Positions 1 to 9,505 of a stretch of 39,429 nt of DNA are shown piece after piece. The notes under the pieces are model-generated. The model was not told the origin of the DNA and made no database searches. It worked only from the letters and a program-made list of their open reading frames with translations. The DNA is from a virus. Taxonomy: Duplodnaviria > Heunggongvirae > Uroviricota > Caudoviricetes. Each line of letters opens with the position of its first letter. Position 1 is the stretch's first letter. Both the position numbers and the translations under genes were made by a program. The stretch is taken from the IMG/VR virus record IMGVR_UViG_3300047554_000375; one strand, written 5' to 3'.

Positions 1-2
1 AG

Positions 3-1613
3 TTGCTTGAGTTGGCTCTAACTCTTGCGTATGATACCAAATCTAACTATGATGATGTGTTTACACAAACTCGTATGTGGGATGCTATCATTTACAACTA
101 CCTGCTTGAGCGAAACATCGTTGTCCCGCCTCGTGAGACAAGTATCAAAGATGGTGCGTTTGAAGGTGCGTATGTTAAAGACCCACAGATTGGTATGCAC
201 AACTGGGTTGCATCGTTTGACTTGAACAGTTTGTATCCTCACTTGATGATGCAATACAATATTTCACCAGAGACTTTGATTGAACCTCGTGATTACACAC
301 CAGAAATGAGAAAGATTATTTCTGATGGTGTTTCTGTTGACAAGATGTTGTTGATGGAAGTTGATACATCACAATTGACAGATGCAACTCTTACACCAAA
401 CGGACAGTTCTTCCGAACAGACAAGCGTGGGTTCTTGCCTACGATGTTGGAAGAAATGTATGATGACCGTAAGAAGTTTAAGAAGTTGATGCTTCAAGCC
501 AAACAAGAGTATGAGTTGGAGAAAGATGCGAAGAAAAAGCGTGAAATTAAAAATAGAATCTCACGCTATGAAAACTTGCAACTTGCAAAGAAAGTTTCTC
601 TAAACTCTGCTTATGGTGCGATGGGTTCGCAATACTTCAGATTCTATGACTTGCGCCAAGCGTTGGGTATTACCACTGCTGGTCAATTGTCGATTCGTTG
701 GATCGAATATAAGATTAATCAATACATGAATAAACTTCTTGGTACTGATGAAGATTATGTTATCGCATCCGATACCGATTCAATCTATCTCCGTATGGAT
801 GTTTTGGTAGATAAAGTATATGGTACTGGTGCTAAGAATTCTGTATCACCAAACATCGACAAACAAAAAGTGATTAACTTCATGGACAGAGTTTGTGAAG
901 ACAAGATTCAACCATACATTGATGCGTCATATAAAGAGTTAGCCGACTATGTCCATGCTTTCGACCAAAAGATGCAAATGAAGCGTGAAGGCTTATCAGA
1001 TAAAGGTATCTGGACTGCCAAGAAGCGTTATATTCTGAATGTGTATAACAACGAAGGTGTTCAATACGCAGAGCCACAGATGAAAGTTATGGGTCTGGAA
1101 ATGGTGAAGTCTTCTACTCCATCTATCATCCGTGAAAAGATGAAAGAAGTTATTAAGTTGACTGTTATTGGTAATGAATCACAAGTTCAGGAGTATATTG
1201 CTAAATTCCGTGAAGAGTTTAAATCTTTGCCACCTGAAGAGGTATCATTTCCTCGTTCCGTGAATGGTTTGAGCACTTATTCCAACGCTGGTTCAATATA
1301 TACTAAGGGTACACCAATTCATGTGCGTGGTGCTTTGATTTATAATTACTTCCTAAAGAAGTATGACTTGACTAAAAAGTACCAGATGATTCAGGAAGGT
1401 GAAAAGTTAAAGTTTACTTACTTGATTCAACCTAATCCACTTGGTGATAATGTTATTTCATATCCATCACGATTGCCACCAGAATTTGGACTTGACAATT
1501 ATATTGATTATGATTTACAATTCGACAAAGCCTTCCTAGACCCGATTAAGATTATTCTTGATTCGATTGGTTGGCAGTCAGAGAAAACAAATTCTCTGGC
1601 AGACTTCTTCTAA
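3..1613 (+). CDS. 43: Family B DNA polymerase, T4 gp43-like (5'-truncated by window edge)
   Basis: Motifs SFDLNSLYP, KVSLNSAYG, ASDTDS, KKRY; C-terminal clamp-binding tail SLADFF. Confidence 0.97.
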   Translation: MLELALTLAYDTKSNYDDVFTQTRMWDAIIYNYLLERNIVVPPRETSIKDGAFEGAYVKDPQIGMHNWVASFDLNSLYPHLMMQYNISPETLIEPRDYTPEMRKIISDGVSVDKMLLMEVDTSQLTDATLTPNGQFFRTDKRGFLPTMLEEMYDDRKKFKKLMLQAKQEYELEKDAKKKREIKNRISRYENLQLAKKVSLNSAYGAMGSQYFRFYDLRQALGITTAGQLSIRWIEYKINQYMNKLLGTDEDYVIASDTDSIYLRMDVLVDKVYGTGAKNSVSPNIDKQKVINFMDRVCEDKIQPYIDASYKELADYVHAFDQKMQMKREGLSDKGIWTAKKRYILNVYNNEGVQYAEPQMKVMGLEMVKSSTPSIIREKMKEVIKLTVIGNESQVQEYIAKFREEFKSLPPEEVSFPRSVNGLSTYSNAGSIYTKGTPIHVRGALIYNYFLKKYDLTKKYQMIQEGEKLKFTYLIQPNPLGDNVISYPSRLPPEFGLDNYIDYDLQFDKAFLDPIKIILDSIGWQSEKTNSLADFF

Positions 1614-1625
1614 CAAAGGTATAAT

Positions 1626-2681
1626 ATGAGTTTATTGGACAAAATTAAAAAGAATAGCACAATCAAAGATAGTGCCATTCTATCTAAATCAAAATTCTTT
1701 ACACAGAAAGACATGATTCCAACATCAATCCCTATGATTAATGTTGCGTTATCTGGTCGACTAGATGGTGGTTTAACACCAGGTCTTACGATGTGGGCTG
1801 GCCCATCAAAACATTTTAAGACAGCATTTTCATTATTAATGGCCAAATCTTACATGGACAAATATAATGATGCAGTCTTACTCTTTTACGATAGTGAATT
1901 TGGTACGCCACAGTCTTACTTTGATACTTTTGGTATTGACACAGAGCGGGTGCTCCATACTCCTCTTACAGACATTGAACAGTTGAAGTTCGATATTATG
2001 AAACAACTGGAAGGTATTGAGCGTGGTGAACATGTTATCATCCTAGTTGATTCTATTGGTAACTTGGCTTCTAAGAAAGAAGTTGAAGATGCACTTGAAG
2101 GTAAATCTGTTGCAGATATGAGCCGTGCTAAACAAGTTAAGAGTTTGTTCCGTATGGTAACACCACACTTGTCACTCAAAGATATTCCAATGGTTGTTGT
2201 TAATCACACATACAAAACTATGGAATTGTATGCGAAAGATGTTGTTGGTGGTGGTACAGGTTCTTATTACTCTGCTGATAATATCTTTATCTTGGGCCGC
2301 CAACAAGAAAAAGAAGGCACCGAAATCGTTGGTTACAACTTCATCATTAATGTTGAGAAATCACGCTATGTAAAAGAGAAATCAAAGATTCCAGTTACTG
2401 TTGCATACGAAGGTGGCTTGAACAAGTATTCTGGTTTGATGGATATTGCACTTGAAGGTAACTTTGTTCAGAAGCCAAGCAATGGTTGGTATGCTAAAGT
2501 TGACCAAGAGACTGGTGAACTTGGTGACAAGAAACGATTAGCCGATACTATGACTGCTGAATTCTGGGATGATATCCTTGAGAATGCAGACTTCAAAGAA
2601 TATGTGAGGAAGAAATATGAAATTGCTTATGGAAGCATTATGGGACAAGATAGCGTTCTGGAAGAAAGCGAAAACGTTTGA
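1626..2681 (+). CDS. uvsX: RecA-like recombinase UvsX
   Basis: AGPSKHFKT Walker A variant, YDSEFG, DSIGNLASKKE, typical of T4 UvsX; synteny with gp43/gp41. Confidence 0.96.
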   Translation: MSLLDKIKKNSTIKDSAILSKSKFFTQKDMIPTSIPMINVALSGRLDGGLTPGLTMWAGPSKHFKTAFSLLMAKSYMDKYNDAVLLFYDSEFGTPQSYFDTFGIDTERVLHTPLTDIEQLKFDIMKQLEGIERGEHVIILVDSIGNLASKKEVEDALEGKSVADMSRAKQVKSLFRMVTPHLSLKDIPMVVVNHTYKTMELYAKDVVGGGTGSYYSADNIFILGRQQEKEGTEIVGYNFIINVEKSRYVKEKSKIPVTVAYEGGLNKYSGLMDIALEGNFVQKPSNGWYAKVDQETGELGDKKRLADTMTAEFWDDILENADFKEYVRKKYEIAYGSIMGQDSVLEESENV

Positions 2682-2985
2682 GCCTGGTGTTGATTACGAA
2701 TTCTATGACTTTGAAGATAGTGATTTAACTGGCATACGCATCATCAAAGGTGATTATGCCGGTGTTCTTTACTATTACACTGGTGCATCCGTAGCCGAAG
2801 AAGGCTTGGGTGCAGTTTTTAAATTTGGATATCAAGTCGTAGAAGCAGGTAATTATACACGAAAAGACTTAGATATTGATGAGAAATTTGTTACAATGAT
2901 GGGTGACATTCTCACAACAATTATTTTAATGGACGGACAATTTGAATCGCCTAGAACTTTCTATTCTGAAAAATCTAGTATATAA
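2629..2985 (+). CDS. Probable gp40-like head vertex assembly chaperone
   Basis: ~118 aa ORF between uvsX and 41, where T4 gene 40 sits; overlaps both neighbours; start 2629 vs 2617 uncertain. Confidence 0.5.
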   Translation: MEALWDKIAFWKKAKTFEPGVDYEFYDFEDSDLTGIRIIKGDYAGVLYYYTGASVAEEGLGAVFKFGYQVVEAGNYTRKDLDIDEKFVTMMGDILTTIILMDGQFESPRTFYSEKSSI

Positions 2986-4342
2986 TGAAGAGTACACACG
3001 AAAGGTGTTGCCCTTCCTTAATGCTGAGTATTTTACAGATAACTCCGAGAAACTTGTGTACGCTGAAATCGCAAGTTTCGTGGACAAATATAAAACATTA
3101 CCGACCAACGAAGCACTACTAATCAACTTTTCGGAGAGTAAATCTCACACCGAAGAACAGGTTCGTGGTGCAGTTCAAATAATCAAAGACATTCAAGCGG
3201 CTAAAGATGAGCCAACTGAGATGCAATGGTTGACTGAGCAGACCGAAAAGTTCTGCCAAGATAAAGCAATCTACAATGCTATCATGGAATCCGTACAGAT
3301 TCTTGATGATAAGAAATCAACCAAAGCAAAAGGTGAGATACCAAAGATTCTATCTGATGCTTTGGGTGTTTCATTTGACAACAACATTGGTCACGATTAC
3401 ATTGATGATTATGAGGCACGATTTGACTTCTATCGAAAGAAAGAGGAACGAATTCCTTTTGATTTGGACTTCTTCAACAAAATCACAAAAGGTGGGTTAC
3501 CTAATAAGACACTTAACATTGCTCTCGCTGGTACTGGCGTTGGTAAATCTTTGTTTATGTGTCATGTAGCCGCTGGCTGTATCTCACAAGGCTATGATGT
3601 ATTGTATATTACAATGGAGATGGCCGAAGAAAAGATTGCCGAGCGTATTGATGCAAACATGTTGAACATTAAACTGGACGACTTGCATATCATACCCAAA
3701 GAAGACTATTTGCGTAGATTTGAAGCACTACAATCAAAGACCCGTGGTAAGTTAATCATTAAAGAATATCCTACGGCTAGCGCCAGTGCTATGCACTTCA
3801 GGTCATTGTTGAATGAATTGCAGTTAAAGAAGAATTTCAAGCCAAAGATTATCTTTATTGACTATCTGAATATCTGTAGTTCTTCACGAATCAAACAAGG
3901 TGGCTCTGTTAACTCATACACATACATTAAGTCTATTGCTGAGGAATTGCGTGGACTTGCTGTGGAATTTAATGTGCCAATCGTATCTGCTACACAGACA
4001 ACTCGGTCAGGTTACAGTAATTCTGATGTTGGACTTGAAGACACCAGCGAATCCTTTGGTTTGCCGGCGACTGCTGACTTCATGTTTGCGCTAATTACAA
4101 CAGAAGAATTGCAACAATTGAATCAAATTATGGTAAAACAGTTGAAAAATCGCTATAATGATCCTAGCATGAACAAAAAGTTCGTTATTGGGGTTGATAG
4201 GTCGAAGATGAAACTGTTTGATGCCGAAGATTCTGCACAAGCAATCGTTGATTCTGGACAGGTACAAGAAGATAAACCGCTGAATACATTCGGCAATCGT
4301 GAGCGTAGATTCAATTCCAAGTTCGAAGGTGTTCGTGTATAA
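2942..4342 (+). CDS. 41: Replicative DnaB-like helicase gp41
   Basis: AGTGVGKS Walker A, YITMEMAEE, IFIDYLNI, SATQTTR, SESFGLP; TTG start. Confidence 0.96.
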   Translation: MNRLELSILKNLVYNEEYTRKVLPFLNAEYFTDNSEKLVYAEIASFVDKYKTLPTNEALLINFSESKSHTEEQVRGAVQIIKDIQAAKDEPTEMQWLTEQTEKFCQDKAIYNAIMESVQILDDKKSTKAKGEIPKILSDALGVSFDNNIGHDYIDDYEARFDFYRKKEERIPFDLDFFNKITKGGLPNKTLNIALAGTGVGKSLFMCHVAAGCISQGYDVLYITMEMAEEKIAERIDANMLNIKLDDLHIIPKEDYLRRFEALQSKTRGKLIIKEYPTASASAMHFRSLLNELQLKKNFKPKIIFIDYLNICSSSRIKQGGSVNSYTYIKSIAEELRGLAVEFNVPIVSATQTTRSGYSNSDVGLEDTSESFGLPATADFMFALITTEELQQLNQIMVKQLKNRYNDPSMNKKFVIGVDRSKMKLFDAEDSAQAIVDSGQVQEDKPLNTFGNRERRFNSKFEGVRV

Positions 4343-4345
4343 ATA
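4338..4345 (+). promoter_or_regulatory. T4-type late promoter (gp55 sigma)
   Basis: Exact TATAAATA overlapping the gp41 stop, followed by GGAG RBS and ATG 4366. Confidence 0.75.
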
Positions 4346-4365
4346 CTCTATAAAATGGAGAATAC

Positions 4366-5115
4366 ATGGCTGCCCAACAAGGATTCCAGTACGAAATTAA
4401 CGCCGCTAAGATACTAAAACCAATGGGACTGGTTCCAAAGAACTTTGTTCCCGCTGGTGCAGGGCATGACCAACCAGACTTGATGCTTGAATACAAAAAG
4501 CAAAAAGCAGGATGTGAATTAAAAATTACTGCCGCATCTGCTGGTTCATTAGTGTTGAAGTATGACAATAAGGATAAAAGAAATCCTTGGAAGTTTGGTA
4601 ATGTTAGTGAAGATGATGCTGAAAAGTTTTTCATCAAAAATCTAGCTGAGGAAGTTGGATTGTTTGATATCATTAAGAAGCAATGGAAAGAAAAACCATA
4701 CAAGCGTGATAAAGACACATTATGGGAAGCCACTGCTGGTAAGTTGACACCTAAGAAAAGATATGAGCGTGATAGAGATACATTCAAAGACATTCGTGGT
4801 GAAATACCAGCATCTAAGATTGAAGACTATTACAACAAAAAGAAAACATATTATGTTAATGTTGGCACACATGGCTTCTATCTAATGGGTTCTAAGAATC
4901 CATTCAAGTTGAAGGATGTACCTAGATTCGGTAGTTCTGCGAAGGCTACATATCGTGCTAGGGTTCAATACAAAGGTAATGATAACTACCAGTTCACATT
5001 CGAAATGCAATTTGCTATTCCGTCTTCTAAGAAGTCACCATTCAATATTGCTCCTGTTAATGGCAAAACTGTTGAAATAATTAAAAGAGAATTAAACTTA
5101 ACCTGTTTCCCATGA
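4366..5115 (+). CDS. Putative PD-(D/E)xK nuclease (restriction-endonuclease-like fold)
   Basis: N-terminal helix GFQYE, then PDLML...CELK catalytic spacing; basic protein; GGAG RBS. Confidence 0.55.
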   Translation: MAAQQGFQYEINAAKILKPMGLVPKNFVPAGAGHDQPDLMLEYKKQKAGCELKITAASAGSLVLKYDNKDKRNPWKFGNVSEDDAEKFFIKNLAEEVGLFDIIKKQWKEKPYKRDKDTLWEATAGKLTPKKRYERDRDTFKDIRGEIPASKIEDYYNKKKTYYVNVGTHGFYLMGSKNPFKLKDVPRFGSSAKATYRARVQYKGNDNYQFTFEMQFAIPSSKKSPFNIAPVNGKTVEIIKRELNLTCFP

Positions 5116-6344
5116 AATTCACCGAATTCTTAACCGAAGCAAAAAAAGAAGGTGCTAACCTTCACTTAGAACATATTGAAGATGAAGTTCTAAATCGTGG
5201 CGTTGCTGGCGCCCGTGATGCTATTAATTTTCTCCGTTCACTTAGAGATATGCTTGCTGGTCATTCTGACAGTAAAGTTAATCTAACAACTAAGTGGGAC
5301 GGAGCACCCGCCATCTTCTGCGGTATCAATCCTGACAATGGTAAGTTCTTTGTCGGTACCAAGGGAGTGTTTAATGCCAATCCTAAGTTGAACTACACAG
5401 AGGAAGATATTGATAACAATCATCCATCTGAAGGATTGAATGCTAAGTTGAAAGTTGCTTTGCGCTATCTACCAAAACTAGGTATTGAAGGTGTATTGCA
5501 AGGTGATATGATGTTTGCTAAAGGTGACATTCAAAGCAAAGTCATTGAAGGTGAATCGTATATCACATTTCAACCAAACACAATCGTGTATGCTGTGCCT
5601 GCTGATTCCGCATTAGCAAAGACTATGTTATCTGCACAGTTAGGTATTGTATTTCATACATCATACACTGGTAAAACATTTGCTGATATGAAAGCATCCT
5701 TCAATATTGATATCAATCACTTGAAGACTACCAAAGATGTTTGGTTCCGTGATGCATATTTTATTGACACATCTGGTACCGCATCATTCACTGAAAAAGA
5801 AACAAGAGACATAACATATATGTTGTCTCAAGCAGGAACAATCTTCCAAAAACTAAATGGTCTATCATTGAATCGTATCGCCGCTAATGATACCATTTTG
5901 ATGCAGATTAAAACATTCAACAACACAAAGGTTCGTGCTGGTGAACATATCAATGACACGGGTAAACATGTGCAAGAATTGATGAAGTGGGTTGAAGATA
6001 GACTGAACAAAGAAATTATTGCCGCAAAGAAAGAAGATACAAGATTGAAACGCCAGGCTGAAAAGAATGAGATTATGCGTTTCTATCGTAACAATGCTGG
6101 TGAGTTGAAAAACATTTTTGACTTGATGAATTTATTGGTAGATTCTAAGAACATGATTGTTAAGAAACTTCAAGGTATGAAACAAGTTACTGGTACCTTC
6201 CTACAGACTGATGATGGATACAAAATTACCAACCCAGAAGGGTTCGTTGCTGTTGACAAACTGAAGGGTAATGCTGTAAAATTGATTGATAGACTTGAGT
6301 TCGCACATGCTAACTTTAATGCCGCAAAGAATTGGAGTAAGTAA
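5112..6344 (+). CDS. Ligase-fold (covalent nucleotidyltransferase) protein with capsid-targeting-like leader; resembles DUF6267 proteins
   Basis: TTKWDGAP (motif I KxDG), VLQGDMMF (III), PEGFVAV (IV), AVKLIDR (V); N-terminus MKFTEFLTE. Confidence 0.6.
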   Translation: MKFTEFLTEAKKEGANLHLEHIEDEVLNRGVAGARDAINFLRSLRDMLAGHSDSKVNLTTKWDGAPAIFCGINPDNGKFFVGTKGVFNANPKLNYTEEDIDNNHPSEGLNAKLKVALRYLPKLGIEGVLQGDMMFAKGDIQSKVIEGESYITFQPNTIVYAVPADSALAKTMLSAQLGIVFHTSYTGKTFADMKASFNIDINHLKTTKDVWFRDAYFIDTSGTASFTEKETRDITYMLSQAGTIFQKLNGLSLNRIAANDTILMQIKTFNNTKVRAGEHINDTGKHVQELMKWVEDRLNKEIIAAKKEDTRLKRQAEKNEIMRFYRNNAGELKNIFDLMNLLVDSKNMIVKKLQGMKQVTGTFLQTDDGYKITNPEGFVAVDKLKGNAVKLIDRLEFAHANFNAAKNWSK

Positions 6345-6625
6345 TGGATCGCAAGTTTGATATTAATGCTATTATGAAAGAGTATGGTGATGATGACTTC
6401 GGTTTCACCGCCACTGATGAAGAAGAGTATAATGCAGTTATCGCTGAGAAGGATGAAACTGTAGAAGAGTATAAGCAAAGATTACAACAAGTTGAAAAAT
6501 TAATCATTCCATTCCTGAGTAAATTATTGAAGACTGCTGACCAACCAATCATCAAATGGCCTAATCGTAAGCCTGTGATTGAGGCACAGATACAAAAGAT
6601 ATTAAATTTAACCAGAGGTGAATGA
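6344..6625 (+). CDS. Hypothetical protein of T4-like phage type
   Basis: TAATG coupling to upstream gene, GGAG RBS; DDDFGF...IKWPNR motif. Confidence 0.7.
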   Translation: MDRKFDINAIMKEYGDDDFGFTATDEEEYNAVIAEKDETVEEYKQRLQQVEKLIIPFLSKLLKTADQPIIKWPNRKPVIEAQIQKILNLTRGE

Positions 6626-6933
6626 TGGAAAGTTTTAAGAGTTTTCAACAACTAGCAGAGGCGGCTTATGCTGGTAACATCGGTATCATGGAGTTGATTA
6701 AGTTCAAACAAAAAGCAACACCAGAACAAAAGAAAACATTTGATGACCACATGAAGAACAAGAGACACAAAGAAGTTTGGGATTTAGTTCAACATGTGAC
6801 AGGAGTTAAACTACATAAGAGTGTACACGAAGCAAAGAATGTCAAACCAGATATTCTGCCAGTGTCTGGTGCAGGTCAAGACGGTACAGATATTCTAGTT
6901 AAAAACTATAAGAGAGACACACCAGGTCAGTAA
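6622..6933 (+). CDS. Putative virion internal protein
   Basis: GAGG RBS, ATGA overlap; leader MESFKSFQQLAE; second module after VHE ending DTPGQ. Confidence 0.55.
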   Translation: MMESFKSFQQLAEAAYAGNIGIMELIKFKQKATPEQKKTFDDHMKNKRHKEVWDLVQHVTGVKLHKSVHEAKNVKPDILPVSGAGQDGTDILVKNYKRDTPGQ

Positions 6934-6950
6934 ACTAAAAAGGCTATATT

Positions 6951-7787
6951 ATGAAAGATGTGATAATCGGTGCCAGTACCGGATACAACTGGGACACCCT
7001 AAAGTATTGGGTGAATTCAATTAATAAATCAGGATTTGAGGGCGACAAAGTTCTTATCCTGATGAACTGTGATTATGGAACCGTGAAGCGTGTTGCGGAT
7101 GCAGGCTTCAAAATCATCGGCTTCAATCAAGATGAGAACGGTAATCTCACATATGAACATAGCCGCATTCCAGTCCATGTAGAGCGTTTTCTACACATCT
7201 ACGAATATCTCCGCACAAACGAATACAGATATGCCATCACAACTGATGTGAAGGATGTTGTGTTTCAAAAAAATCCTATTGACAGAATGCAATATGAACT
7301 AGAGAATCATAATCTCATGTTTGCATCGGAGAGTATGAAATACAAAGATGAGCCGTGGGGCAATCAAAATTTGATGGAAACATTTGGTCCATACATCCAC
7401 GACAAATTCAAAGATAATGAAATTTATAATGTTGGTGTTTTAGCAGGTAGAGCATATGCGTTGCGTGACTTGTGTTTGAATATTTTCACATCTGCAATCA
7501 ATCGCCCTATTCCAATTTGTGACCAATCAACATTCAATGTTATGATATCGCAACATCCATATCTACACACTTCAAAGTATATGAAGTCGGAAGATGGATG
7601 GGCATGTCAACTTGGTACAACTGCTGACCCAAGTAAGATTGAAAAATTCAAGCCATTTTTGTTGGAAGCAGAGCCGAGAATGCATGAGCATAGAGTTACA
7701 ACTTCCAAGTTTTCTGAGTTCACAATCGTGCATCAATATGATAGAGTCCCAGAATGGCGCAAAGTGATTGAGGCAAGATATGATTGA
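6951..7787 (+). CDS. Putative GT-A fold glycosyltransferase
   Basis: TDVKDVVFQKNP (DxxD), YNVGVLAG, DQSTFN, IVHQYDR motifs. Confidence 0.7.
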   Translation: MKDVIIGASTGYNWDTLKYWVNSINKSGFEGDKVLILMNCDYGTVKRVADAGFKIIGFNQDENGNLTYEHSRIPVHVERFLHIYEYLRTNEYRYAITTDVKDVVFQKNPIDRMQYELENHNLMFASESMKYKDEPWGNQNLMETFGPYIHDKFKDNEIYNVGVLAGRAYALRDLCLNIFTSAINRPIPICDQSTFNVMISQHPYLHTSKYMKSEDGWACQLGTTADPSKIEKFKPFLLEAEPRMHEHRVTTSKFSEFTIVHQYDRVPEWRKVIEARYD

Positions 7788-8478
7788 TGGTGTATTTTTT
7801 ATTGGTTCTGCTTTGAATGTAAAGCAACTATCCGTATTCAATAACGATGAACGGTTCAAGCAAACAATAGAGACAATCGAATCTATTGATAAGTATTGTC
7901 CTAATAACATGAAAGTCATGTTTGATACTTCATACTCGGAACCTAATCCTGAATATGTTGCTGAGTTGATGGCAAGAGGTGTAAGATATTACTGGACAGG
8001 TGTTAATGGTGATGTTCAACGATTGTCGGAATCAGGACAAAGAAGTCTTGCTGAAACGATTGGATTCATCATGGTATTAAATGCATTCAACTCTTACATG
8101 AAAGTTGCGAACATTGATGTGAAACGAATTTATAAAATTTCTGGTAGATATAAACTAAATGAACATTTTGTCGCTGATAGAGAAGATTTCAAAGATTCGT
8201 TTGTGTTTCTACCAACAGTAGATTCGTGGATGCCTAAAGCACACCAAGAAGCGGCTGGAGTAGATAGAATTTTTGAGTTAAGATTGTGGCATATGGATGC
8301 AAATTTACTTGACACATTCAGTAAAGAGATATATAATATCTTAGATGAAATGTCTAAGTATAATATTGATGTTGAACATGCATATTACAAAGTGCTAAGT
8401 AAATATAAATGGACAACTGTGAAACCTATAGGATTAGAAGGTGTGTTAGCACCAACTGGAGTGATAATTAATGAGTAA
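7780..8478 (+). CDS. Hypothetical glycosyltransferase-like protein
   Basis: ERFKQT and IYKISGRY motifs; GAGG RBS before ATG 7780; lies within sugar cluster. Confidence 0.5.
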   Translation: MIDGVFFIGSALNVKQLSVFNNDERFKQTIETIESIDKYCPNNMKVMFDTSYSEPNPEYVAELMARGVRYYWTGVNGDVQRLSESGQRSLAETIGFIMVLNAFNSYMKVANIDVKRIYKISGRYKLNEHFVADREDFKDSFVFLPTVDSWMPKAHQEAAGVDRIFELRLWHMDANLLDTFSKEIYNILDEMSKYNIDVEHAYYKVLSKYKWTTVKPIGLEGVLAPTGVIINE

Positions 8479-9505
8479 ACATGTTTTAATTACTGGTGGA
8501 TGTGGCTTTATTGCCCATCATGTTATTGATTTGCTAATGAGTAAGACTGATTGGAAAATCACAACTATTGATAGATTAGATTATTCTGGTAATCTTAATC
8601 GTCTACATGAAATCTTGGACAAGTATGATACTGAAACCAAGAAGCGTGTGAACATTGTGTTCCACGATTTGAAAGCAGAGATTAATCCTCTGGTTCAAAA
8701 CTTTATCCACAAGCATGGTAATGTTGACATTGTTCTACATTTGGCCGCATCGTCACATGTTGATAGGTCTATCACGCATCCGATGGAGTTCATCATGGAC
8801 AACACCATTGGCACAGCACACTTGCTAGAGTTTGCTCGTAAACTTCCATACAAACTAGAAACATTCTTGTATTTCAGTACCGATGAAATCTTCGGTGTTG
8901 CACCTCCTGGTGTTGCATATGAAGAACGGGCTCGTTACAATTCTACTAATCCATACTCGGCATCTAAAGCCGCAGGTGAAGAATTGTGTGTTGCATATGA
9001 AAACACATATCAACTTCCTATGATGATTACTCACACAATGAATGTATTTGGTGAGCGCCAAACACCTGAGAAATTTATTCCTCTGTGTGTTGACCGTGTT
9101 CGTAAAGGTGAAAAGATTTACATCCACGCTGATGCAACTAAGACACAAGCAGGTAGCAGATTCTACATTCATGCCGCTGATGTTGCTGATGCATTGCACT
9201 TTCTGATTACAACTAAGCCACAGATTCCTATGGACTATGGTCATGCTAAGTGTCCTAAGTTCAACATCGTTGGTAAAGAAGAAGTTGATAATTTGACACT
9301 TGCTAAGATGGTTGCAGCCGCACAAGGCAAAGAATTGAATTATGAAATGATTGACTTTCATAACTCACGCCCAGGACATGACTTGCGTTATGCTCTGAGT
9401 GGTGATTTGATGCGTTCATTGGGTTGGGAGCCTAAGATTGCATTTAGTGAACGAATTAAACAAGTAAGTGATTGGTATTTGGAGAACACAAGATGGCTTT
9501 CGTAA
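8471..9505 (+). CDS. rfbB: dTDP-glucose 4,6-dehydratase (RfbB/RmlB-like SDR)
   Basis: ITGGCGFIA, HLAASSHVDRSI, STDE, YSASK, RPGHDLRY. Confidence 0.9.
   Translation: MSKHVLITGGCGFIAHHVIDLLMSKTDWKITTIDRLDYSGNLNRLHEILDKYDTETKKRVNIVFHDLKAEINPLVQNFIHKHGNVDIVLHLAASSHVDRSITHPMEFIMDNTIGTAHLLEFARKLPYKLETFLYFSTDEIFGVAPPGVAYEERARYNSTNPYSASKAAGEELCVAYENTYQLPMMITHTMNVFGERQTPEKFIPLCVDRVRKGEKIYIHADATKTQAGSRFYIHAADVADALHFLITTKPQIPMDYGHAKCPKFNIVGKEEVDNLTLAKMVAAAQGKELNYEMIDFHNSRPGHDLRYALSGDLMRSLGWEPKIAFSERIKQVSDWYLENTRWLS

Noticed and set aside
1620-1628. TATAATATG before uvsX (and at 26258 before thyX) as -10 promoters
   Set aside because: The hexamer abuts the ATG, too close to transcribe it, and no -35 is evident; explained as AT-rich RBS spacer or stop codon
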